From an uncultured Spirochaetota bacterium (GTDB lineage Bacteria > Spirochaetota > Brevinematia > Brevinematales > JAOACQ01): a stretch of 64,000 bases of DNA. Every line of letters starts with the position of its first letter. Within the stretch, counting starts at the first letter, position 1. The notes beneath the pieces are model-generated. The model did no database searches and had not been told where the DNA came from. It saw only the letters and a program-made list of their open reading frames with translations. The translations under genes were made by a program, and so were the position numbers. The stretch is from the NCBI GenBank assembly GCA_963768055.1, contig CAVYGN010000001.1:320001-384000 (forward strand), in the 5' to 3' direction. Below are positions 19,622 through 28,103 of this stretch, in pieces.

Positions 19622-20512
19622 ATGGGAATTATTTTAATTATCGCCGCAGTTGCATTTATCGCACTTGTACTGGTTTTGAAAGGGGTAAGGATAGTCCCGC
19701 AGGCCCAGAACCATATAGTAGAGCGGTTCGGCAAGTACGCGACAACCCTCAAACCCGGTCTGAACCTTATAAACCCCCTGTTCTCGAGGATCGCCGACAA
19801 GATCGATATCAGGGAACAGGTATTGGGGCTCCCGAAACAGAGCATAATAACAAAAGACAACGCGACCGTCCTGGTGGACGCCGTGGTTTTCTACAAGGTC
19901 ATGGACCCTTACAAGGCGGCGTACGGAATAGAGAACCTGGAGAACGCGATAATCAACCTCGCCATAACGACCCTCCGCTCCCTGATGGGCAAACTAACGC
20001 TTGACGAGTCGTTTTCCTCGAGAGACACGATAAACCAGGAACTTTTAAAGGCCCTTGACGAGGCTACAGATTCCTGGGGAACTAAGATCACCCGCGTCGA
20101 AATGAAGGACGTAAACCCGCAGGAGGACCTTGCCATCGCAATGGCCCTCCAGAAAAAGGCGGAGCAGGAAAAAAGGGCCACCATCCTGAACGCGGAAGCG
20201 AAAAAACAGGCGGCAATGACGGAGGCCGAAGGCTTGAAACAGGCGCAGATCCTGCAGGCCGAAGGACGCAAGGAAGCCGCTTTCAGGGACGCGGAGGCGC
20301 GGGAAAGGCTCGCCCAGGCGGAGGGCAACGCGATCAAATTCGTCTCCGAAACGCTGGCCCCTTCCGAGGGGAGCCCCCTAACATACCTTTTAGGGCAGGA
20401 ATACATAAAGGGCCTAACCAGGCTCGGAGAGTCGCAGAACTCGAAGTTCGTGGTATTTCCAGCGGATATTCTCGAAACTATTGGGAATATATTCAAGGAT
20501 AAAAATAAATAG
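19622..20512 (+). CDS. SPFH/band-7 (stomatin/QmcA-like) protein
   Basis: VERFGKY...L.PGL, ITKDNA.V.VD, Ala/Glu coiled coil. Confidence 0.93.
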   Translation: MGIILIIAAVAFIALVLVLKGVRIVPQAQNHIVERFGKYATTLKPGLNLINPLFSRIADKIDIREQVLGLPKQSIITKDNATVLVDAVVFYKVMDPYKAAYGIENLENAIINLAITTLRSLMGKLTLDESFSSRDTINQELLKALDEATDSWGTKITRVEMKDVNPQEDLAIAMALQKKAEQEKRATILNAEAKKQAAMTEAEGLKQAQILQAEGRKEAAFRDAEARERLAQAEGNAIKFVSETLAPSEGSPLTYLLGQEYIKGLTRLGESQNSKFVVFPADILETIGNIFKDKNK

Positions 20513-20618
20513 GCTGCGGAAAAAGATTTGCGGATTGCGCAGATGGGTCGCTAGGCCAAAGCCCCCTGCCTTTGCTTTATCAAAATCGAGAGGCTGTTTG
20601 ATAACAATATTGACGACT

Positions 20619-21365
20619 TCAAAAATCTTTTTTATTGGATTTGAATATTGACAAATAATTTATCAGCATTTCTTTTTCCAATCCGGCTACCAGATTATAA
20701 ATATCTTTATAATCCCCTTTTGAATCCGCTTCTCTTATTGCATGATAGTAATCCAGGCGTTTTTCATTTTTTATTATAATAGGGACATAATCGTTTTTCA
20801 TTAGTTCGAAGTTTAATAACAGCCTCGCTGTCCTTCCGTTTCCGTCTACGAACGGATGGATCTGTACAAAATCGGTATGAAGTCTGGCTGCTTTTTCAAT
20901 AGGGTGAAGATCTGAATTTTTATGCCATTCCATCATTTTTTCGATTTGCCCTTTAACCAAATAATGGTTCGGCGGCTTAAATTCCGATCCCTTAATATAA
21001 ACATCAACATTTCGATATTTACCCGCATTATCTCTGTCAATTCCTTTGAGAACAAGCTGATGAATATTTTTAATTGTCCACTCCGAGAAACCTTCTTTAT
21101 TTTCTATTATATCATAAACATAATTAATCGCCTCGAGATGATTGACCGCCTCAAGATGCTCTCTTAAAGATTTTCCTCCTACAGTAATACCTTCAAGGAC
21201 GACTTGAGTTTCTCTTAACGTTAACGAGTTTCCTTCAATAGCGTTTGAATTATAAGTCCATTTGAGCGAAATATTTTCTCTAAGACTTTTCAGACTTTCC
21301 ATTGAAAAAGGTCTGTATGAATCAAGTTCTTTTTTAAGATTATCAATTTCCTCATATTTTGCCAT
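20619..21365 (-). CDS. Fic-domain protein (class II)
   Basis: Catalytic HPFVDGNGRTAR and N-terminal inhibitory SNAIEGN motif. Confidence 0.93.
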   Translation of the reverse strand: MAKYEEIDNLKKELDSYRPFSMESLKSLRENISLKWTYNSNAIEGNSLTLRETQVVLEGITVGGKSLREHLEAVNHLEAINYVYDIIENKEGFSEWTIKNIHQLVLKGIDRDNAGKYRNVDVYIKGSEFKPPNHYLVKGQIEKMMEWHKNSDLHPIEKAARLHTDFVQIHPFVDGNGRTARLLLNFELMKNDYVPIIIKNEKRLDYYHAIREADSKGDYKDIYNLVAGLEKEMLINYLSIFKSNKKDF

Positions 21366-21685
21366 TTTATTATTTCCTTAATTAATTCCCGCCGGTGTCA
21401 CCTGCCTTTCTATAAAGAATTATAATACTGTAATATTCTTTTTTCAACAGATTCGAACTATTTTAACGGTGTAATAAGCGATGTAAGAATATATAATAGA
21501 GCGCTGTCGGCAAGTGAAGTAGGGGCATTGTATAACGAAAATAACCGTAAATAGGCGAATAAAAATGATGCCGACAGATCCTTCTTTGTAATGGGCGTTT
21601 TTTAAATTACTTTCTCTGCGGGCCCGGTTCAGAGCTTCATTATTCTGTACATAATATTGTACAGATAGATTTAATATCCGTCAAG

Positions 21686-23866
21686 CTACTGCACCGCTGC
21701 CGCATTTTCGCCGTTCCCGAGCGGCAGGGGATAGATCAGGTACGGCGCATCGGCCGGGCCGTAGTACGAGTTCATCAGATCCTGGGCCGACACTTTTATA
21801 TAGTAAGTCCCCGCAGCCAGGTTAGTGTTTATCTCGATAAACGCCATGTTGTTATACTCATTGGTCGTCGACGATACGGATATCGAGCCTTCGCCTGAAT
21901 ACTGGACTGTAGACAGCGCCGAGCTGTCCCCGCTGCTTGCCGACCGGAATGCCCCTCCTGCCTGATCGAAATTCTGCAGGACGTTCTGAGAACCGTCAAG
22001 CAGCTGCACATTTGACACAGGAGGGTTTCCGGCGACAGGGGTACAGAAAGTAAGCCTGAGACGTATATAACCTGATGAAGTCACTGTAATTTTATAATAA
22101 TCCGCCTGGCCTTCGCCCGCGATGAAGGCGACATTGGTCCGGACTATGATCGACGATGAAAGGGAGATCGACGTCGCAGGGGTCTGGTCCTCGGAACTTT
22201 GGTCTATTATACAAGCTTTGTATCCTCCAGTTACAATTGCAGTATCGCCTGATTCTATGCTTAAAGCACTCCATAAGTAATATGCTGAAAAATTTCCTTG
22301 GACCAATTGTGGAGTAAAATGATAAACCGAATTCTGTGTCTGCCCCCAGGCGGCGTTAGTGAACATGTCCGCGACCTGAGGATAGTCCTTGAACAACTGA
22401 ATATTAGAAGCGTTATGCCAGGTCTTTACGAAAGAGTTGTAGTACTGCTTAGGGAATAACGGGACCCATACCCCCATGTTCGTGGCGGTTTCCTGCCAGA
22501 TAGTAGTCTTCGCGTCGCTTAAATACTGGCTGAATAAACCCGCCAGTGTCGGGTCGAATTTCTGGAGATCGTTCAGGATATCGTAAAGCCTTACATAATG
22601 GGCCGCCGGATCGTTCGAGGGCTGGATGTACTTTCGCATGTTCGTGATATAAAACGCTATATCCGACGGTATCGATGTGAATGTATTATAAAATCCCTTT
22701 ATAGTGTTCGGCATGGAGGACGGAATATTCTGCTGATAGTTACCCATATCGCATTGTATAAGGTTTACGTTGACCTGGGTTGCGCTTGCCGCGTCCTGCG
22801 CTCCGTTTAAATAATTGGAATAGTTCCATCCCTGATTGGCTTCAGGTCCGGGAGAACCTATAAGAAAAGGCGTTACATTATAATAAGCGTAAATATCCTC
22901 CAGGTTTCCGCTGTAGCATGTATCGAACCCGAGTTTTCCCACCTGCCCGAATATAGTCGATATCGCCTTGTTTATCTGTGAATCGAAGAGGGTCATTCCT
23001 GTATTATCGTTAAAAAGTACTGATCCGAACTTTTTAAGGCTGGAATAAGGGTTGAAATTTCTCGGTTTTCCTATATTTCCTGTATAATAAGCCGACTCCT
23101 GGCCGGGCTGGATACTGCACGAGGTAAACATTCCGCCTAACGGGATCGACAAAATGCCTAAGGCGATCTCCTCATAGTCTATGTCAATCTTCGATTTCTT
23201 TTTAAAAGATATTCCGCCGTTAAGCGGCCAGATCCCGTCCCCATGTCCCCACATAATAAGAGTTATGCTGCTTCCCGGATAATTATAATTCGTCTTGAGA
23301 TAATTCAATACGTTTGATAATGTAACCGGGTTGCATGCGTCCGGATCGGGGGGCATATACACCCTGTCGAACCGTTCTATGCCTGCTGCAGAAGCCGTAT
23401 TATTGTTATTCGAGTTATTGTAATTTATGGTAAATAGTCCGCCGGGCTTGACCCAGGCCGGAAACACGTTGTAATCAACGGAAGCGTCGATATATATGAA
23501 TATCTTGGTGTTCCAGCCATTATAATAATTATAATCCCATACATTCTGCGAATAATTAAGACTATCGGCTACAAAAGTCTGGTTTATATTCTGAATCGCG
23601 TAAGACTGTAGATTACAGCCCGAACCCATATAAATCAGAATTATGTTATTCACTGGGTTACCGGTTGATTTCTTGAAGCTGTCCAGGCTGTATAAAAATG
23701 TATCCTTCCATATGGCTGGATGCTGAATACCGGAAGGCGTGGATGACGAAGAGGACGAGCTGCTTCCCCCGCTATTTCCGTTATTTCCCGGGGTTACCCC
23801 GCAAGCCGTATACGTTGAAAGTATTATCCCCATTAAAATAAAAACAATCGATATACTTTTCATCAA
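21686..23866 (-). CDS. Lipoprotein, clostripain-like (C11) cysteine peptidase with a C-terminal PPC-like domain
   Basis: Lipobox YTAC, poly-Ser linker, LIMWGHGDG (His), GFDTCYSG (Cys), GSPGPE..QGWNY; DYYKITV...LAAGTYYIKV. Confidence 0.75.
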   Translation of the reverse strand: MMKSISIVFILMGIILSTYTACGVTPGNNGNSGGSSSSSSSSTPSGIQHPAIWKDTFLYSLDSFKKSTGNPVNNIILIYMGSGCNLQSYAIQNINQTFVADSLNYSQNVWDYNYYNGWNTKIFIYIDASVDYNVFPAWVKPGGLFTINYNNSNNNNTASAAGIERFDRVYMPPDPDACNPVTLSNVLNYLKTNYNYPGSSITLIMWGHGDGIWPLNGGISFKKKSKIDIDYEEIALGILSIPLGGMFTSCSIQPGQESAYYTGNIGKPRNFNPYSSLKKFGSVLFNDNTGMTLFDSQINKAISTIFGQVGKLGFDTCYSGNLEDIYAYYNVTPFLIGSPGPEANQGWNYSNYLNGAQDAASATQVNVNLIQCDMGNYQQNIPSSMPNTIKGFYNTFTSIPSDIAFYITNMRKYIQPSNDPAAHYVRLYDILNDLQKFDPTLAGLFSQYLSDAKTTIWQETATNMGVWVPLFPKQYYNSFVKTWHNASNIQLFKDYPQVADMFTNAAWGQTQNSVYHFTPQLVQGNFSAYYLWSALSIESGDTAIVTGGYKACIIDQSSEDQTPATSISLSSSIIVRTNVAFIAGEGQADYYKITVTSSGYIRLRLTFCTPVAGNPPVSNVQLLDGSQNVLQNFDQAGGAFRSASSGDSSALSTVQYSGEGSISVSSTTNEYNNMAFIEINTNLAAGTYYIKVSAQDLMNSYYGPADAPYLIYPLPLGNGENAAAVQ

Positions 23867-23905
23867 ATTACCCTCCGAATAATTTGTCGATAAATAAAAT
23901 AATTG

Positions 23906-23932
23906 CCCCGCCCCTATTTAAAAGAGGCGGGG
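23906..23932 (-). terminator. Rho-independent terminator-like hairpin
   Basis: CCCCGCC...GGCGGGG stem followed by a T-rich tract on the minus strand, after the 727-aa gene. Confidence 0.65.
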
Positions 23933-23945
23933 TATCAGGTTTTAT

Positions 23946-26129
23946 TTAATTTCCCTGTACGATAGGTACTGCGGTTATATGTATGCATGCATTAGGGAAA
24001 TACTGCATACCGCTATAATCATAAGTTACATTTCCCGATGTTACTGAATAAACATTATAATCGGTAAACCCACCGCCCTGGTTATAAATTCTTTGGGTCC
24101 CGGTCTGGGTATAATTTGTAAATATATCTCCTTTTATAAGTGCTAAAGGTACATAATATATGGTATGGTTTGGGTCTTGGTATCCGCTAAAAGCACCGTA
24201 AGTACCGTTAGCGGCCGAAGTGAGTGGAGTGATGATACTCCAATTCCCGGTATATGTGTTGTATGTATTATTAGGTTGAGGATTACTTTGGGGAATATTT
24301 GTTGACGAGGTGCTCTGCGATCCCGACTGGCTTGGATAAGGCGGCAGATTTAAAGCCGGGAATGATACGGGCTTATAATTATACAGAGTTTTCCATACCC
24401 CTGTATAACGGTCAGTAAATAAATTATTGTTCGCAGACCTTGCATATGAACCACTTGATTGAAGATTTACAGTAGTCCTCATCTGGGCGCATACTATACC
24501 CCTGACTGAGTCGTTCATAGTGATAGACGGCCATTCGATCGCTTCTTCTGATATCGAGGGGCCCGTATATTGGCAATTTGCAGGGGCTATAAATATCAAT
24601 CTACCATTATTATTCACAGTTAATGCCGCATTCATGCTGACACTTCTACCATAAATATATACGTTATCATATATTTTTATTCTGTCGCAATTGAGAGCCT
24701 GCGGGCTGGACCATGTACCGGGATAAATAAGCTGAAAGGCATTGATTGATCCCGATATAGCTGTTATTTGCTGCGAAGGATTATCGATCCCCAGGTATGA
24801 AAAACCTATATTATTAACATTAGAGATATCGATCACTGAACTGAATTCCTGTGAAACATAATTGTTTCCTATTGCCGGCCATACCTGTATCGTTATATCC
24901 CCCCATTTTGCAAAAGGAAATCCGCCTACTGGGATATAATAACCGTTGGTATTTACTGTAAGGTCGTAGGTGATATTCGTAGTAAGTCCTGCAGTAAAAG
25001 GAGTTTTAACCGTCAATATGGTATTTCCCGAAGTATTGTCGATCAGAACGAACTTTGATGCGTTTACGACGCTTATTTTAAGATTCCAGTTGACCCACTT
25101 TTGCAGGGAGTTTAATTTTGTCCAGGTGTCAATAGTAGGCCTTCCATAGCCGTCGACCGCACCGAGATAATTATTATTCGTTAAATAAGCCATTGTCCAG
25201 ATCGGCGCTGCGTTCGAATAGAACAAAGCAGTCGTCGATGTGTCTTCCGGGTTCTTGCTTAAGAGGTTTAACGTAATGTATCCCTCCGGTGCAAAATTGT
25301 TAATGACCGGAGCCGGAAGCTGTGATACCGGCAATACCAGGTATGTGATGGAATTGTTGCTTATAAAATAAAGGTTGTCAATTTCAATAAGCGGATAATC
25401 GGGCAGATATGGTTGATTGGTTATGTATAGACTATACCTGTCGGCGGACATTATCGTACAGGAGCCGTTTATTTTCGTTTTCGAACCTGCTATTGAACCG
25501 CTGGCGTTTGTGTAGTAAATGTATAAAACCAACGCCGGCGAACTTACCATCTGGTTAGGCATTGAAAGGACGATCCTTGAATTATCCACATCATACGATG
25601 CCGTAGGACTGTTTGTGAGGGTAGTATTGCCGAAGTAATAGTTCGTACCCTGGTACGCCGTCCCGTTCAGGTCAATAAAACCTGTTACGCTTAATTCCGA
25701 ATACTGATTATACGAACTGCCGTTAGTTCCTGTGATTACGATCTGGTTTGCGCCCGCCCCGCCCTTCCCGCCATACCCGACATTAAAACCCTTTGTCGAG
25801 ACAGCGCCGCCAGCGCTTCCGGAGAAAACAAGAAGAGATTGGCCATTCCCCGTAAATACTGCCGTTCCCGTGGTCCAGTTTACGCCGTTTCCGTTGAAAG
25901 TGATCTGCACCTGGCCTGCGGATGGTACGGTTGTGATCGTAGGCGGGGCTATATTCTGCCCTTTCGATGGATTCGGGGCTGCCGATGAGCTTGTTGTAGT
26001 AATACTGTTTGTCGAATTGTTCATGCTCGGATCGTTCATATGGCAGGATGATGAAACAAGGAGCATAAGAACGCCGAATAAAGAAGAGAAATAATAAACC
26101 AAAAACTTTTTCACTTGTGGTGTAACCAT
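23946..26129 (-). CDS. Large Asn/Thr/Ser-rich beta-rich lipoprotein, unknown function
   Basis: Lipobox SSSC, low-complexity linker, GGAGG RBS. Confidence 0.8.
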   Translation of the reverse strand: MVTPQVKKFLVYYFSSLFGVLMLLVSSSCHMNDPSMNNSTNSITTTSSSAAPNPSKGQNIAPPTITTVPSAGQVQITFNGNGVNWTTGTAVFTGNGQSLLVFSGSAGGAVSTKGFNVGYGGKGGAGANQIVITGTNGSSYNQYSELSVTGFIDLNGTAYQGTNYYFGNTTLTNSPTASYDVDNSRIVLSMPNQMVSSPALVLYIYYTNASGSIAGSKTKINGSCTIMSADRYSLYITNQPYLPDYPLIEIDNLYFISNNSITYLVLPVSQLPAPVINNFAPEGYITLNLLSKNPEDTSTTALFYSNAAPIWTMAYLTNNNYLGAVDGYGRPTIDTWTKLNSLQKWVNWNLKISVVNASKFVLIDNTSGNTILTVKTPFTAGLTTNITYDLTVNTNGYYIPVGGFPFAKWGDITIQVWPAIGNNYVSQEFSSVIDISNVNNIGFSYLGIDNPSQQITAISGSINAFQLIYPGTWSSPQALNCDRIKIYDNVYIYGRSVSMNAALTVNNNGRLIFIAPANCQYTGPSISEEAIEWPSITMNDSVRGIVCAQMRTTVNLQSSGSYARSANNNLFTDRYTGVWKTLYNYKPVSFPALNLPPYPSQSGSQSTSSTNIPQSNPQPNNTYNTYTGNWSIITPLTSAANGTYGAFSGYQDPNHTIYYVPLALIKGDIFTNYTQTGTQRIYNQGGGFTDYNVYSVTSGNVTYDYSGMQYFPNACIHITAVPIVQGN

Positions 26130-26152
26130 AAGACCCTCCGATATATATTGTT

Positions 26153-26812
26153 TTAATGTGCTGTCGCATTTCCGGTATTCAGGAGATATCTGCTGCCCTT
26201 TATCGAAAGCCAGATATCGTAATGTCCGAAGGAATTAATCATAATACCTGACCCTCCCGTGCCAGTTATCTGCGTGTCAATAATGGTCAAGCCGTCAGAC
26301 CCGTATCCGTTGATAATAAATATTACGTTATTGTCCGCATCATAATAATTCCATTTTACCGTAATATGCTGAGTGTCGTTAGTAAACACTGCGCTGTTTC
26401 CTAATGCTGTTAGTGTTACAGTAATGGATTGAGACTGCATAACAGGCGAAGCTATTGTCAGGAACTTTTTTTCAGTAGTGATGCCGTCATACGTATAAAA
26501 AAATATATACGGTAGTTCGTCTGAATTAGAAATCCAGGAAATGTTCGAGCTTCCGTTCGCCGCAGTCGGTGATAACTGATAATATAAATCTGTTGAAGTA
26601 GTTATAATATCGCAATTGATCGAACATATTTGATAATAAGGATCGGTTGTCGGGCCTGTCCAGGTTATTGCGTATACATTAGGTGATGTTGTATTCGTAT
26701 TTGTATTGTTCTGAGGGCCCGGATCGGTATTGAAAAGACCGCAGGATGTAATAGATATTGAAGAAAGAAAAAAATAAATAATTAAGAAATAGATTATTGT
26801 AATATTTCTCAT
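26153..26812 (-). CDS. Asn/Thr-rich lipoprotein
   Basis: Hydrophobic N-terminus with lipobox ITSC, then an NNTNTNTT linker. Confidence 0.75.
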   Translation of the reverse strand: MRNITIIYFLIIYFFLSSISITSCGLFNTDPGPQNNTNTNTTSPNVYAITWTGPTTDPYYQICSINCDIITTSTDLYYQLSPTAANGSSNISWISNSDELPYIFFYTYDGITTEKKFLTIASPVMQSQSITVTLTALGNSAVFTNDTQHITVKWNYYDADNNVIFIINGYGSDGLTIIDTQITGTGGSGIMINSFGHYDIWLSIKGSRYLLNTGNATAH

Positions 26813-26821
26813 AAAAGTATA

Positions 26822-27574
26822 TTAATCAAATTTTCCGAAGCTATAAAACAATTCAATCCATAATCCGTTTTCTGTATAAGGATCGATGGCTTTTTTGTCC
26901 GTACCGAATTTTGTATTCCATTTATTTTCAAAAACAGGCCAATCAAAAGATCTTTTATTTATGTAATAATCTATTTCAGTATAATTTTCAATACCGGTCA
27001 GGTTATAATAATAAATCTCAGGAGCAGGCAGATTAATAAATATTAATAAGGGATCGGAATCAGGAATGGGATTAAAAGGGTCTTCAGGCTCAGATATAAG
27101 ATATTGATCACCAAGTTTAGCGCCGCAGCATATACAATGGTTCATCCAATATGATTTTCCAGCCTCTTTTGAGCGGTCCTTGTAAAAATATGAAAAATAT
27201 TTTCTGATGATCAATACGATTGACGGATCTATTAACAATGTATGTGAAATCAGGGCATTTTTATGAATGTTAGAATTATTATAAGTATCAGAATCTTCAT
27301 TGTAAATTATTGATTTAGCATTATCCTTTATAACGAACATCAATACAGGGCTCGGATTATCACATTTCCAGCAAGATTCCCAACTCCAGGCAAGTGCTAG
27401 TTTTCTTGAAAAAAGGTATATTGAATCCAAATCATCTTTGCCGAGCCATTTTTGGAATTTTGCTCTGGAAAGGTTTTCGGTTATATACCATGTATTATTT
27501 GTCTTGTCCCATAAAGCACCTGATTTTTTTGCCACATCTTTCTCATCGAATGGTACAAATAATCTTGTATCCAT
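26822..27574 (-). CDS. DUF5710-like domain protein with a putative Zn-binding region
   Basis: N-terminal LFVPFDEKDVAKKSGALWD....WYI; CWKC and HCICCG. Confidence 0.75.
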   Translation of the reverse strand: MDTRLFVPFDEKDVAKKSGALWDKTNNTWYITENLSRAKFQKWLGKDDLDSIYLFSRKLALAWSWESCWKCDNPSPVLMFVIKDNAKSIIYNEDSDTYNNSNIHKNALISHTLLIDPSIVLIIRKYFSYFYKDRSKEAGKSYWMNHCICCGAKLGDQYLISEPEDPFNPIPDSDPLLIFINLPAPEIYYYNLTGIENYTEIDYYINKRSFDWPVFENKWNTKFGTDKKAIDPYTENGLWIELFYSFGKFD

Positions 27575-27607
27575 AAAATACTCCTAAAAAATCCAAATCA
27601 ATACTAA

Positions 27608-28084
27608 TTAAAATTCATATCCAACCCCGGCTGTACCATCTAAAAAGGAATAAGCGGCAACTTCAGTAGTCATATCCATGAAAAATACTGAAGCATAAAT
27701 AAACGGACCATCCAGCATGCTTTCTCCTATAAAATATTTAGGCATTAACCCTGCAGTAAAAAATGCATATTGTAGAGGACTTCCATCCACGCTTGCAAGC
27801 CCTCCACCTGCGCATAAGTCTAGCTTAAGTCGCCATCGTTCGGGGAGGATCCTTATGACGCTAATTGCAGCGAGTCTTTGAAAATTATCCTGATAATCAT
27901 ATTTTAAACCAATGAATATCGGATAACCGATACCATACAGCAATGTTCCGTCAATACAATACGAATATGTAAAATTTGTTGTCGTGATATCAAATTGCAG
28001 GGATGTCCCTAAACTTATTTCGATATTGCCGAAAATTTTTTCGCAAATACATGATAGAATTAATAATATCAGCAGAACCTTCAT
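27608..28084 (-). CDS. Small outer-membrane beta-barrel-like protein
   Basis: Signal peptide, amphipathic Gly/aromatic strands, C-terminal GVGYEF beta-signal. Confidence 0.65.
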   Translation of the reverse strand: MKVLLILLILSCICEKIFGNIEISLGTSLQFDITTTNFTYSYCIDGTLLYGIGYPIFIGLKYDYQDNFQRLAAISVIRILPERWRLKLDLCAGGGLASVDGSPLQYAFFTAGLMPKYFIGESMLDGPFIYASVFFMDMTTEVAAYSFLDGTAGVGYEF

Positions 28085-28103
28085 AATGTTTCCTCCCGAT
28101 TCA

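Noticed and set aside
19909..20496. 195-aa minus-strand ORF and similar overlapping ORFs throughout the track
   Set aside because: Antisense or alternate-frame shadows of well-supported genes, without RBS or motifs
20513..20618. Possible tRNA fragment or att site after the SPFH gene
   Set aside because: No cloverleaf or T-loop consensus, and no matching direct repeat found near 39.0-39.3 kb
21686..26812. Asn-codon-rich lipoproteins as diversity-generating retroelement targets
   Set aside because: No reverse transcriptase and no template/variable repeat pair seen in the window
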